Positions 43,259-56,689 of a DNA stretch of 64,000 nt are shown here, one piece after another. The DNA is from Octopus sinensis. Its lineage: Eukaryota. The stretch lies in assembly GCF_006345805.1 (NCBI RefSeq), contig NC_042999.1, positions 27,466,001-27,530,000 on the forward strand. Reading direction: 5' to 3'. Positions within the stretch are counted from its first letter, which is position 1, and every line of letters starts with the position of its first letter. The notes under the pieces were generated by a model. That model saw nothing but the letters and a program-made list of their open reading frames with translations, made no database searches and was not told where the DNA came from. A program made the position numbers and the translations under genes.

Positions 43259-44388
43259 TGCTTAATTGCTAAGCTGACCAGTCATTAACTGACCGGACAA
43301 AATGCTTTGCAGCATTTCTTCTGGTTTTACACTCTGATTTTGAATTCCGCTGAGGTCGACTCTGTCATTCGTTCTTTCGGGGGTCAATGAAATAAGTACT
43401 TGTTGAGCACTGGAGTCGACTTCTATGTCGATAAAATAAAGCTATTGGTGAAGTATGAGGATCACTATAATCGACAAATTCCTTCCCGGTAAATTTTTGA
43501 CCTTGAGACTATGTTAAAAACAATTATATAGAGCACTGGATTGGTATAATCCTTAGAGCAGTGGTCAAAATGCTTTGCGTTATTTAGTTATATAACTGAG
43601 TTCAAATCCAACAGAAGTCAAACATTATTTTTCTTTTTTCTGTGTCAATAAAAGAAAACAGCTAGTCAAGTTCTGGGGTCGATTAATTTGTTTAAACTCC
43701 TTCCTTTAAATTTCAATTACTGTTGCTAAGGCGGCGAGCTAGCAGAATCGTTAGCACGCCAGACAAAAATGCTGAGCGACATTTTGTCCGTCTGGATGTT
43801 CTGAGTTCAAATTCCGCCGAGGTCGACTTTCATTATTTCGGGGTCAGTAAAAATAAGTACTAGTTGAGTACTGGGGGTCATTATAATCCCCTCCTTCGAG
43901 CTTGCTGGCCTTGTGCCAAAATTTGAAACCATTATTAATGTTGTCTTTACTGTTAGTTTTTAATTCATTATTTTCTGTATGATTCCTTTCTTTAACGAAA
44001 AGCAACTCCATCTGCATTTAAAACATAATGTGTGTTCAGTAAATGTAATACGTATGTATTCAATGTAATATGTGCTTTGACAGTTAAGGAATTTTTGAGA
44101 TGGATCAATTTCTGCTGAGATTACCGAGTCCATCATATCTAACACCCGACCGCAGAAGGACATTGTCCGACTCGCATTTGGCACTCTTTGGATAGGAAGA
44201 CCTAAAACCAGCATCGATAAAGCCATCAGAATTTTCATCCAGTGGCGGATCCAAAACAACAAAATGGATTGTTGTAACTACTTAGTCACCAAGACGAATC
44301 CTCTATTTGAACAGAACTATGATCAAATGCATTCTAACCTTCCATCCATGGCTATCGCTGATTTTATTATATGTAGAGCTTCATTGTG

Positions 44389-44700
44389 AAGGCGCATGGC
44401 TTAGTGGATAGGATATTCAGTTCACGATCGTAAAGTCGTGAGTTCAATTCCCGGAAACGCGTTGTGTCCTTGAGCAAGACACTTTATTTCATGTTACTCC
44501 AGTCCACTCATCTGGTAAAAATGTGTAGTACCTGTATTTGAAAGGGCCAGCCTTGTCATACTCTGTGTCACATTGAATCTCCCTGAGAAATACGTTCAGG
44601 GTACACGTGTCTGTGGAGTACTCAGCCACTTGAACGTTAATTTCATAAGCAGGCTGTTCCGTTCATCAAATCAACTGGAACACTCGTCGTCTTAACTGAA
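44389..44700 (+). mobile_element. tRNA-SINE (related copy at ~17140-17330)
   Basis: GGCGCATGGCTTAGTGG head; GTTCAATTCC B-box-like; TGTCCTTGAGCAAGACAC. Confidence 0.75.
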
Positions 44701-44930
44701 GAAACACCAGAGCGACGAAATGCCAGTCTGATTTTGTCGCTATTTCTTGCACATCACGTTATCATGCAGAAGCTTCCTCGTTTGCCTTACAGAAAATAAT
44801 CTCTGATATTTCCTTTATATTTTATACACCTGTACATCTTTGGATTTTTTGGATCTATAACTCTTCAGCTACAAGTTTATCATTTCCAGTGCGTTCTTTT
44901 TTTTTTTTTTTTTTTTTACAGAATTTACAT

Positions 44931-45350
44931 AGGCGCAGGAGTGGCTGTGTGGTAAGTAGCTTGCTAACCAACCACATGGTTCCGGGTTCAGTCCCACTGC
45001 GTGGCATCTTGGGCAAGTGTCTTCTGCTATAGCCGCGGGCCGACCAATGCCTTGTGAGTGGATTTGGTAGACAGAAACTGAAAGAAGCCTGTCGTATATA
45101 TGTATATATATATATATAAGTGTGTGTGTATATGTTTGTGTGTCTGTGTTTGTCCCCTTAGCATTGCTTGACAACCGATGCTGGTGTGTTTACGTCCACG
45201 TCACTTAGCGGTTCGGCAAAAGAGACCGATAGAATAAGTACTGGACTTACAAAGAATAAGTCCCGGGGTCGATTTGCTCGACTAAAGGCGGTGCTCCAGC
45301 ATAGCCGCAGTCAAATGACTGAAACAAGTAAAAGAGTAAAGAGTAAAGAG
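44931..45350 (+). mobile_element. SINE family 3 with internal (TA)n(TG)n
   Basis: AGGCGCAGGAGTGGCTGTGTGGTAAG head; (AAAGAGT)n tail. Confidence 0.88.
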
Positions 45351-45828
45351 AGTTGCTTCTCTTTTCAGTCACAAGATTTTAGATACATTTATTTTCATAA
45401 CGTTATATTCGGATATGTAGAGTTAGGTTAATGTCCGTTGAGACTGTTTAAGCCAAAATGAGAATATTTATTTTATTACATTTTAATTTAATCTTGATTG
45501 TCTTTCACAGCAATATCTTATAGAAATTCCTTTGTCACTCTGCCAATGGAAGCTGGCATGCCTTTGAGTACCTTAATTATTTTGTCTCTTTCTAAGGATT
45601 TTATCATTTTTTTATAACAGCAGCTACATTTATAACAACGATTTTGCTAATGATGGTGATTATAATTTCCCATATCTTAAAGCTTGATGGGTTGTAGTAA
45701 ATCGGGAAAGTGCTCGGACTTGCTCTGTTTAGTCCTGGTGCTTTTGACTTCTGAGTTCGAATACGGCTCGGGAGTGGCTGGAATATATTTCAAACTAATT
45801 TTATTTTAATTTGCCTCTTTTAACATGT

Positions 45829-46216
45829 GGGATGGAAGCACTCCGTCGGTTACGACGATGAGGGTTCCAGTTGATCCGAATCAACGGAACAGCCTGCTCG
45901 TGAAATTAACGTGTAAGTGGCTGAGCACTCCACAGATACGTGTACCCTTAACGTAGTTCTCGGGGATATTCAGCGTGACATAGAGAGTGACAAGGCCGGC
46001 CCTTTGAAATACAGGTACAACAGAAACAGGAAGTAAGAGTGAGAGAAAGTTGTGGTGAAAGAGTACAGCAGGGTTCACCACCATCCCCTGCCGGAGCTTC
46101 GTGGAGCTTTAGGTGTTTTCGCTCAATAAACACTCACAAGGCCCGGTCTGGGAATCGAAACCGCGATCCTATGACCGCGAGTCCGCTGCCCTAACCACTG
46201 GGCCATTGCGCCTCCA
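45829..46216 (-). mobile_element. SINE family 2 head with an alternative tail
   Basis: TSD TTTAACATGT; tail shared with 44389-44700. Confidence 0.85.
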
Positions 46217-46399
46217 CTTTAACATGTAACATTAAGCTAGGTTAGAATTATTGCAGTTGGCTGATACATTATATCACATTCAGTGTAGTCCATTTGATGA
46301 TTTAGTGGGGGGTGAGAATTTTAATAGTAAATTATTCTTGAAGGTGTTGGATAGTAGAAATGGTAGGGTGCCGAACAAAATGTTGGCTGGTATTCATTT

Positions 46400-46813
46400 A
46401 CTCTCTTTTACTCTTTTACTCTTTTACTTGTTTCAGTCATTTGACTGCGGCCATGCTGGAGCACCGCCTTCAATCGAGCAACTCGACCCCCGGACTTATT
46501 CTTTTGTAAGCCCAGTACTCATTCTATCTCTTTTGCCGAACCGCTAAGTAACGGGGGACATAAACACAACACCATCTATTGTCAAGCGATGTTGAGGGGG
46601 CAAACACACACACACAAACACACACATATATATATATATATACATATATACGACGGGCTTCTTTCAGTTTCCGTCAACCAAATCCACTCACAAGGCTTTG
46701 GTCGGCCCGAGGCTATAGTAGAAGACACTTGCCCAAGGTGCCATGCAGTGGGACTGAACCCGGATGCATGTGGCTGGTAAACAAGCTACTTACCACACAG
46801 CCACTCCCGCGCT
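46400..46813 (-). mobile_element. SINE family 3
   Basis: Reverse complement of 44931-45350. Confidence 0.88.
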
Positions 46814-46914
46814 TATTTATGTGAAGAGTTCACATATTGATGGAATAGACTCTGCCTTTCGGCATTCTGAGTTGATGAAGTAAGTATAACAATTCAAGTA
46901 TTACTCTGTCTTTC

Positions 46915-47178
46915 ATCCACTTATTAACCGAGTGCATTCTGTTTTCACCTCTATTCCATAACTGAGTGCAGTTTCATCTGTCCCCCTCTTCATAGCCGAG
47001 GGCAACACAGTCTGTCACCCACGCCACAACAAAGTACAACTCCGCCTGTCTCTGCTCCATAACCAAGTGTAGCTGTTTTTATCTTGTAGCTTACAACTGA
47101 ATGCAGCTCAGTCAGCTTTCCACTTTATAACAAAGTGCAGCTACTTGATCATCTATAAGATGACCGAGTGCAACTCAA
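46915..47178. repeat. Degenerate minisatellite, ~35-38-bp unit, ~8 copies
   Basis: Recurrent ATAACCGAGTGCAGCT-like core. Confidence 0.65.
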
Positions 47179-47362
47179 TCTATGGGTAGTTGCATAGGTA
47201 TGATGCTTGTTTGCCAACCGTATTGTCTTGGGGTTCAATCCCACGCTGCCGCACTTTGGACAAGTGTCTTGTACTATGACCCCAGAACAACCAAAGACTT
47301 GTGGATGGATTTTGTTAGCAGAAGCTGAAAGAAGCCCCTCATATATATATGTGTGTGTGTGT

Positions 47363-47398
<36 letters not shown>

Positions 47399-47443
47399 GT
47401 GTGTGTGCGCGCACGTGTGTGCGTGTGTGTGTGTGTGTGTATG

Positions 47444-47916
47444 CAGTAATACCGCATTTTACGAGACACCGGGTTTACGAATTTTACTTTTCAAGCACAA
47501 GATCAGAGAGCAACAAAAAAAGGCTTCTTCTAAGCAAACAACTCTAGACATGCTTTTAAAAAGAAATCTACAAATCCGTCTACGAGTGCTTGTGAATCGG
47601 CGATCACGTCTACAAGTGATGTTGTGCGTGAGTCTAGCGCGAATGAAAGTGATTCAGAAAACGATTATAATAATATTTTTTATTATAAATGATCTTAACA
47701 TTCTTTTTGCTTTACATAAAATATTCTTTACATTCTACTCTTGTTTTATTGCCATTTATTTACGAGTATTATAAATTTTCTAGGTAAAATATTTTTCTGG
47801 GAACGAATTATAATTTATAACATTGCTACTATCAGAAATTATTGCTCTGCTTTACGAGTTTTCGCTTTACAAGTGGTCTCCAGTAACAAATTAACATATA
47901 TATCGAGGTATTATTG
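47444..47916. mobile_element. pogo/Tigger-like non-autonomous element
   Basis: Termini CAGTAATACC..GGTATTATTG followed by TA. Confidence 0.55.
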
Positions 47917-48202
47917 TATGTATAAATACATACACGTAGGTGAGTGTATCTATGTGAATGAGCCTTTGGATTTTGTACTGTACTTGTGCCCCTTCCCACC
48001 ACTTCACAATCGGTGTTGATTTTGTTACGTCTCCGTATATCAGCGGTTCGGCAAACAATGATAGAATAAGTGCCAGGCATTAAAATGAGCACTGGGTCGA
48101 TTTCTTCGACTAAAAAGCTTAAAGTCGCTATCCCACCAAGGCCTCAGTTCAATAAAGGAACTAAGTAAATAATATTGGCAAATGTACTAATATTTGTTAG
48201 AG

Positions 48203-48374
48203 AGGCGTAGGAGTGGCTGTGTGATAAGTAGCTTGCTTACCAACCACATGGTTCCTGGTTCAGTCCCACTGCGTGGCACCTTGGGCAAGTGTCATCAACT
48301 ATAGCCTCGGGCGGACCAAAGCCTTGTGAGTGGATTTGGTAGACGGAAACTGAAAGAAGCCTGTCGTATATATG

Positions 48375-48405
<31 letters not shown>

Positions 48406-48626
48406 ATGTGTGTGTGTGTGTGTTTATGTGTTTGTGTTTGTCCCCTCAACATCGCTTGACAGCAAATGGTGGCGTGTTTATGTCCCCGTAACTTAGCGGC
48501 TCGGCAAAAGAGACCGATAGAATAAGTACTAGGCTTACAACGAATAAATCCTGAGGTCGATTTACTCGACTAAAGGCGGTGCTCCAGCATGGCCGCAGTC
48601 AAATGACTGAAACAAGTAAAAGAGTA
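48203..48626 (+). mobile_element. SINE family 3
   Basis: Full copy; partial copies at ~47180-47350, 47950-48170, 32760-32900, 33680-33780. Confidence 0.88.
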
Positions 48627-48743
48627 AAAAAAAAGAGAAAATACCAGTCTCAAAGGCTCTTGTAGAGCACAAACTCGGCACAAATAACTCAACTGGAGAT
48701 TTGACATGAGAGTTTGCTATGATCAACTTTTGTGCAGAATGAA

Positions 48744-48800
<57 letters not shown>

Positions 48801-49256
48801 TAATGACTAAGCTATATACAACTTAGTTGAGAATGAGAAAGATGGAGAGCTGTGGTGTTGTAGTTTGGTATGTTAACATGGTCTTCTGGTTACGAAAGGT
48901 GTTTCGTAATTTCGTAATCAAGGTTTTGGGCACCGCCCTGCATCTGAAGTAATTGTATTTTGTCATTGCCTTGATTTGACTACTATCTGGTAAAAGGAAA
49001 TTGTGGGAATACTGCTTGAAAATGCAGGTGTGCAGACACACACACACATACACAAAACGTCTACATATATTACAAGTATGGGCACGACAAGCCTCAAATA
49101 ATTTGAGTGGATAACTTTATACACAAGCATACACACACACACATTCATACATACATATATATATATATATATACACACACATGCACACTTATGCATATTT
49201 ATATATATATGCATACATACATATAATATATATATACGTGTATAATATTAACTTAC

Positions 49257-49350
49257 CTTCATTTGCATTGAAGAAAACCAGAGAAAATCACTTTTTTGCG
49301 GATTGCTTTCCACTGGCTTTAGAATCCATCCTCCAGGTCCATTATTGCCT
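49257..49350 (-). CDS. Next exon of the START-domain gene
   Basis: Acceptor ttttcatttcAG and donor GTAAGT. 94 nt; joins the previous exon in frame (cg+a = R): GNNGPGGWILKPVESNPQKSDFLWFSSMQMK, similar to STARD3 [31 protein letters not shown]. Confidence 0.92.
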
Positions 49351-49676
49351 CTGAAATGAAAATATAAGAAAATATAAGATATTTAACAAAGATCATGTGA
49401 TTATATATACATACATACATATTATATATAATTATACCCGAGTAATCACATAGATGTGTAACAAGGTAGAAGACAGATGCTCGGATCGAGTAGTTATGAT
49501 CAAGTATCTTGGTAACAACTGACCGACGAACATGAGCGGGAAACTCTGAGTAGCGGTTTTTGTGATATATCTGTGATGTTTTTTGCAGCTTTAATAATAT
49601 GTTTATTTATTCATATATATATGTATATATATATATATACATACATATATATATATATATATTATATATATATATA

Positions 49677-49982
49677 TCACGTGATCACGTGACCGACCAG
49701 ACCATCAGATGTTGCTACACATCGCTGGTCACAATGCGCTCGCATTGTTTTAGCCTTCGAATGACGCCACCCCGCTGGCTAAGCGAGCAGACCAACAGAA
49801 GAAAGAGTGAGAGAAAGAGTGGTGAAAGAGTACAGCAGGGATCACCACCCCCTGCCGGAGCCTCGTGGAGCATTTTTAGGTGTTTTCGCTCAATAAACAC
49901 TCACAACGCCCGGTCTGTGAATCGAAACCGCGATCCTACGACCGCGAGTTCGCTGCCCTAACTACTGGGTCATTGCGCCTCC
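49677..49982 (-). mobile_element. SINE family 2
   Basis: Reverse complement of 18388-18692. Confidence 0.88.
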
Positions 49983-50237
49983 ATATATATATACATTCGG
50001 TGGGATTAGTAATATTTTTGGTAGAAATGACTAATTGTCCCTCTTAGCGTGTGGCATGTATGTATAATGCCTTCTGGCATGTATGTATAATGCCCTCTAT
50101 ATATAAATTAATATGTTCAATAAGAAATAATTATTTTCGAAATTTTTTCTCTTATGAGGTTTTCACGCTATCTACCTGACAATTTCTTGTTAAGTTTTCC
50201 TTATTAAGTAGTTGTCCTTAATTGCTATATATATATA

Positions 50238-50292
<55 letters not shown>

Positions 50293-50358
50293 ATGTATGT
50301 ATGTATGTATATATATATATATTGTATGTATGTATGTATATATATATATAAACGTATA

Positions 50359-50850
50359 TAGGGGTGGACAAAATAATGGAAACACCTAGCATCATAGCAT
50401 CATAATTTAAAAGTATCTACAAAACCGTCAGAAGCTTGTTTATTTTTATGTTTTTTGATTTATTATTAGTGTTGCTTAATATATTTTGCTAAAATTGTTG
50501 TTTCTTTTTTCATGTATTATTAGAAAAAGGTAATTAAAATTAAATAAAATGACAGTTCTATCGGACTTTCAAAGAGATCAAATTGTTGGTGCTTGTATGT
50601 CAGGCGCTAGCGTAACGAAAACAGCCGAAATATTTGATGTGTCAAGAAATACTGTCTCGATAGTAATGACAGTCTTAGAGAAAGAGGAAAAACCCTACTC
50701 GTCGAAACAAAACTCCAGAAGAAAACCAAAACTTTCAGATAGGAAGCTTCGGAATCTTACACAAATTTTTAGAAAGTATCACAAAAGTATACCTCCTAAA
50801 ATTACTGCAGAGCTTAATGACCACCTCGAGAACCCAGGTTCGAAATAAAA
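50359..50850 (+). mobile_element. Tc1-like element 5' half
   Basis: TIR-like AGGGGTGGACAAAATAATGGAAACAC; MTVLSDFQRDQIVGACMSGASVTKTAEIFDVSRNTVS..RKPKLSDR. Confidence 0.8.
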
Positions 50851-51212
50851 AAGCCAGCATGTTTATCTAGTGCCGACAGGGAGCTGTACTTGCGTGGTAG
50901 ATTTGAAAACTTAGACTGTAGAAGCACTGGACATATACTGGATTGCTTCGTATATACATATTTAATTTAATGTGTACCTGCTGAAGACGGCTTCGCCGAG
51001 CAAATTATTTTATTTGCTAAAAAGTCTGAAATCATTGGTCCAGGAGTTAGATGGTAAATGTTTTTATTTTTCATTCCCTTCGATTTTTATCTTTAATAGT
51101 GGTTCGGAATTTAACTGTCCTTTCTAGCGTGTATGTAGTCCTATGATGGCTACCTCTTATGTGTTTAAATGTACAGTGTATTTATATATATATATATATA
51201 TATATGTGTGTA

Positions 51213-51297
<85 letters not shown>

Positions 51298-51301
<4 letters not shown>

Positions 51302-51450
51302 AAATGAAGAAAATGCTGACAAAATAATTTAAGTAAGGGAGAGTGTATTTAATTAGGTGAAAGTTCTTTTTACGGTAAAAAGAACTTTCACCTAATTAAA
51401 TACACTCTCCCTTACTTAAATTATTTTGTCAGCATTTTCTTCATTTCCTT
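51298..51450. repeat. Perfect palindrome, 75-bp arms, 3-nt loop
   Basis: 51298-51372 is the exact reverse complement of 51376-51450; loop CGG. Confidence 0.95.
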
Positions 51451-51490
51451 TTTTTTATATATCACAACTCGTGTTCCACATCTCCTTTTT

Positions 51491-51600
<110 letters not shown>

Positions 51601-51632
51601 TATGTATATGATATATATACTCAGATCGATAA

Positions 51633-51684
<52 letters not shown>

Positions 51685-52336
51685 GTAGGTAGGTAGGTAG
51701 GTAGGTAGGTAGATAGGTAGGTAGGTAGGTAGGTAGGTAGGTAGAAAGATAAATGTACGTATATCAGTTGACGAAATCATTAGCACACCGGACAAAATGC
51801 TTAGTGATGTTTCTTTCGGTTTCACGGTCTGAGTTCAAATTCCGCCGTGGTCGACAAACTAAGTACCATCTGAAAACTGGGGTAAATGTAATCGATTTAA
51901 TACCCCACCCTCTCTGACCTTGTCCTAAAATTTTGAACCATTATAATATATACGCAGGTCTAATTGATCGATTATTATTCTATTTTTCATAGCATAGTGC
52001 AATAATATGACAAAATATATACAAAATCCATTTCAGTACATATTGATAAATATTTAATTAATATAGACATGTACTGAAAAAACATCTAGTATCGATTATA
52101 TATGCGTGAGTTAATGTGTCTCATACGTAAATATTTACAGTATGTGGTTATGATAGTGGGCGTTTCACATTGCTATGCCATGTCCGAATATATTAATTCA
52201 TGGATAGTAGAAACCGTTGTGTTAAAGTAAAAGTATTAGCAATTGAACATGATTTGTTTGAAGCATAACTATTGTACGCTTGAAATTCCTGTTGTGTAAG
52301 TATAAGCATTTGTATAAGTGTCCGTATGGATATATT

Positions 52337-52419
<83 letters not shown>

Positions 52420-53011
52420 TCATAGGCATATATACTATGCGCATGTACTTGCATGTATGTGTGGGTATGTAGATGTGTGCACGTTCAATACGTCTGCATA
52501 TTTAACCAGACCTTCTGTTGACCAAATCGATACTGTGTATGTTTACTGGTGGGTTGTGTATATATTTCATGCAAAAGCATATATACACATACATATACAT
52601 ATGCATATATATACACACATGCATTAATCCTTTTCAAATTTTTACACGCAAATAAGGAAAAGTGTTTTTTAATTAAAAGGCCGAGTGGTCTAGCGAGTTA
52701 TTATGTCTGTGTATGCATGTATGTATGTACGTATGCATGTATGTATGTATGTGTGCGTGTGTGTGTATTTGTATGTAAATATAAATATAACGTAAATCTT
52801 ATCCCTATATTAGTGTATGTTTATATGTCATACATAGGTGTATACACACACAAACATATATATATATGTGTATGAGTGTGTGTATGTATGTATATGCATA
52901 TAAATGTTATTATATATATATATATAAATATATAAAAATATATACATATATATATAAATATATATACATATATATAAATATATATAATTAATATATGTAT
53001 AATATAAATAA

Positions 53012-53058
<47 letters not shown>

Positions 53059-53200
53059 TTGTATATGTATATATGTATGTACGCATATATATTTATATAT
53101 GTATATGTATGCATGCTTATATGTATATTATATATATATAAATTTATATATTTGTAAATGTATACATATATTTATATGTATATATGCATATATGTATTTA

Positions 53201-53243
<43 letters not shown>

Positions 53244-53704
53244 GGTGCGTAGTTACATACATACATGCATGTGTTTATTGTTCCTGTTGAAACGTGTTTG
53301 ATTAGTGTTAGTGTATTAAGAGTGAATAGTGAAAATATAGAAACTAAAAAAAGAAAACAAAGAACAACTTTAAATTCAAGAAAACAAACAAAAAAAAACT
53401 AAAGTGTCCTAACATAAGATCGATGTTAGCGAAGACGTTAGGTCAAATCGACACAACTAATAGAAGAAACTAAAGCCATCAATATGGCTGCGTTATATGT
53501 TAGCTTTCAACTGTAGTTCGTGCAATATTGATAATAGCATGAACAGTAGGTTGCCACAATCGTTAAAGCGAAGGATAAAACGCTTTGTGGTATTCAGTTA
53601 TTGTTCTGTACTGAGTTCAAATCCCACCGTGGTTAACTTTGACGCTCAACCCTTCGCTGTTAATAAAATGAATTACCAGTCAGGTATAGTAGCTGATGTA
53701 ACTC

Positions 53705-54110
53705 ACTTTATCATCATCAGCCAGATGTCTTCTCTGTGTTCATGGGTCGATTAGCCAAGATTTTTCAGTTCCCTTTGACTTGCCGTTCAAGAATTTGGAC
53801 CTGGAGATCTCCATTTCCAGCGACTTCGAGAGCCACCTCCCAGTGGTGTCGGGCGTCAACGAAGAGCCCTCAACTACAACAAGACGACCAAAGATTTTTT
53901 TCCAAGGTCTGGAGTCTCCCGCCCCTAAGCCTTAGACCATCACCTTACCCGTCTTGTTGCTTAACAACAACAACAAGTTCCCTTTGTCTTTTGTTGCGGG
54001 CAGGCTCTTGTTTCCTCTTTATTCTTTGTTGTCGTCACTTTAAAAACGTTTTGACAGCCTCTTGCTCTCTATCCCTAAAGACTTCTTGTAAGGATGGTCT
54101 CGGACAGTGA
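53705..54110 (-). mobile_element. Probable LINE 3' end (RTE-like)
   Basis: GC-richer segment ending in a (TGA)n tail on minus; no clear protein motif. Confidence 0.35.
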
Positions 54111-54838
54111 ACAGCTTTCAGAACTTTATTCTCAAAAAAGCGTGTTTTGATATTTTCAGTTTTTCTGATACTACAGCGTTCGTTATCCCTTCTTTTCAGC
54201 TCATCCTAGCCAAAAAGGCTTCTACTATTGTCTCCATAACTGAGAACACTGTTCAAATTTCAACCCCGTAAGGGACAATTGGCATTAAGTAACAGTTTAT
54301 TAGCCTCAATTTTAGATATATGACACCCAAAATTGAGGTTTTGTGCCAATATAAGGAAATTAATATTGATAACAATGATAAAAATACCAATGAAAACATT
54401 AAAATAATCCTAACAATATTACCGAACTTTCAGTAAACTTGCAAAAGCTCTCTGTATCTCCACGTGGCTATATAGGTGTCCAAATTGGCGAAAGTTTGTA
54501 TTTGTAGACAGCGCATACTAGTTGGCGAATGATTTTTTTTAATTATCGTCTTTGTCAGCTGTTCGAGAAGTTCATTTTATCTTAATTGAATAATTCTTAT
54601 ATGTTGATGGTGTTCATAAATGAGAAGGCCAACATCGTATCAAACAGGCAGGATAAAAAGATAGCAAGAAAGTTTTGATGGATAATGAGGTTGTTGATGG
54701 TTTATTTTTAATTGTTTCTATCTCTTTTGATTGCGGAGAGGCCAGGTTTAGTGGTAATTGAGTGATGCCAATTGCAATGATTCTGGCTTCATTTTCCTGC
54801 GCTTTCTTACACACTGTGTGTTTGTATCCATGTGTATG

Positions 54839-54877
<39 letters not shown>

Positions 54878-55149
54878 ACATACATACATGTATGAGAGGG
54901 AGAAAGAGAGACGAACACAATACAAAATCAATAATCTACTCAGAAACAAAATCAAATTCCCAATGATCAAGTAAGAGAAGTCCAAACAGCTAAAAGTAAA
55001 AGTAATCATAATAATAAGCAAATTAATTACCGTAATAAATGCAAAAATAGTATCTTGTTAATTTTAACAAACTGGACAAATATATGGTACAGTAAAAATA
55101 CAAAAACAAAACATCTCTCTCATAATGTTCTAAACAATGCACCTATACA

Positions 55150-55960
55150 TTCAATCGCAAAACTACATACCAATGAAATATATTCTTAAACCAACTGAGG
55201 AATTTCTACAGATTTTAGAATAAATAAATAGAATAGCTACTGTGTTTACATTGGGTGTTGAAAGTTTATTCACAAACGTCCCAGTGGTAGAAACGATAGA
55301 AATCATAATAGAGAACGCATATAATTATTCAGAAATAAAACCACTTGCGATACCAGTAGTCTAATTAAAAATAATCTATTTATGACGTGAGCAACTGAAG
55401 TGTATTTTCGCTACTCACATGATAATTGATACAAAAACAGATGGAGTGAGTACGGAGTCCCTCCTTGGGACCTACGTCTACAACATTCTGTTCATCCACA
55501 ATGGAGGAAAGAATATGTAAATATACAATATGTATATATGCAATGTTGGGAGACTTAGAAAATAACACCGTACTAAAACTTATCCAGAATAATACAAATG
55601 AATGCTCGTTTTTATACATAAACATAAAGAACAAAAAACAAAAACAAAAAAACAAAAACAAAAAATACATACACCACACTGGTATACCTACTAAGGAACA
55701 AACAAAAGCATACACCTAAAATGAGACAGGGAATGCCCACGCAACTAAGTCAGCGGTATAATACCTCCTTAGAAGAGTATTTATATTCGTGTTCACAAAC
55801 AATGCGTTAAAGAAGAAGTGGGTAGTATAAAATATACATTAACAATGGTTATTCTAACACACTTGGATACCAAACTATAGAAGAATACAGAGTGCTTTAA
55901 TTGTTCGATCAACAGAACTGCATATTCACAGCAGTACGATATAAGAAGCTACGAACTTCA
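55150..55960 (+). mobile_element. Penelope-like reverse transcriptase remnant
   Basis: YILKPTEEFLQILE..VESLFTNVPVVETIEII and DGVSTESLLGPT (cf. DVESLFTNVP and DGVAMGSPLGP); stops and frameshifts. Confidence 0.8.
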
Positions 55961-56029
55961 CGCACACGTGATTCTTTGGGAGTTGAGATAAGGATAGGAG
56001 GATATCGTATGCATGCGTAAACGTGTACG

Positions 56030-56060
<31 letters not shown>

Positions 56061-56068
56061 TATATATA

Positions 56069-56103
<35 letters not shown>

Positions 56104-56156
56104 AAATATATATATGCATAAATATATATATATATATATAATATATATAATATATG

Positions 56157-56188
<32 letters not shown>

Positions 56189-56582
56189 CATATATATATG
56201 TGTGTATATATATACATATATATATAGGTATATATATATAATATTATATATATATATATATATACATATATATATAATACATATATATATGTATATTATA
56301 TATATATATACTATATATATAGGTATATATATATAATATATATAATATATATATATATATAATTAATCAATATAGGGTGGTGAAAAAAATTTTTGTAGAA
56401 TTCTTTTGCCACCAGCGGCCTAGTGGGAAAAATTAAATAGTCGTAGACCATTTTTAGTTCAACATCAACAATCAAGGAACGGCCATAATAGGCCATTCAC
56501 CACTAACATAACGCCAAAGCTTCAACCGCAAATAAAGATCAATTCCGTAAACAGGAACATTAAAAAAAACATTTACCCTGTA

Positions 56583-56689
56583 ATTTCTTGTACGATGCAC
56601 CGTTTCGTCTGCTGTTTAATGGTAACTAAACCTGATTAAATTAAATCAAGCCAATCTTCCATAGGCCCTCAGATTCTTCAGCAAGAAAT
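56583..56689 (-). ncRNA. Type I hammerhead ribozyme, inverted array copy (sense to START pre-mRNA)
   Basis: Reverse complement of the 57289-57395 fold; TCTTCAG at 56675-56681. Confidence 0.83.

Noticed and set aside
43960-44390. Overlapping ~100-codon open frames on both strands
   Set aside because: No recognisable motif and no convincing splice or start context; can arise by chance.
46915-47178. CRISPR-like repeat/spacer pattern
   Set aside because: Repeats are degenerate, spacers are related to each other, the context is eukaryotic and there are no cas genes.
48823-48935. Alternative START last exon (..AVPKTLITK.., would read GWVPKTLITK with 2 extra nt)
   Set aside because: Out of frame as assembled, weak acceptor, and downstream residues do not fit the C-terminal helix. 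Recheck if reads show a TG insertion.
50975-51010. CTGAAGA-CGGC-TTC-GCCG hammerhead-like start
   Set aside because: Followed by GAGC instead of GAAA; no stem I or III.
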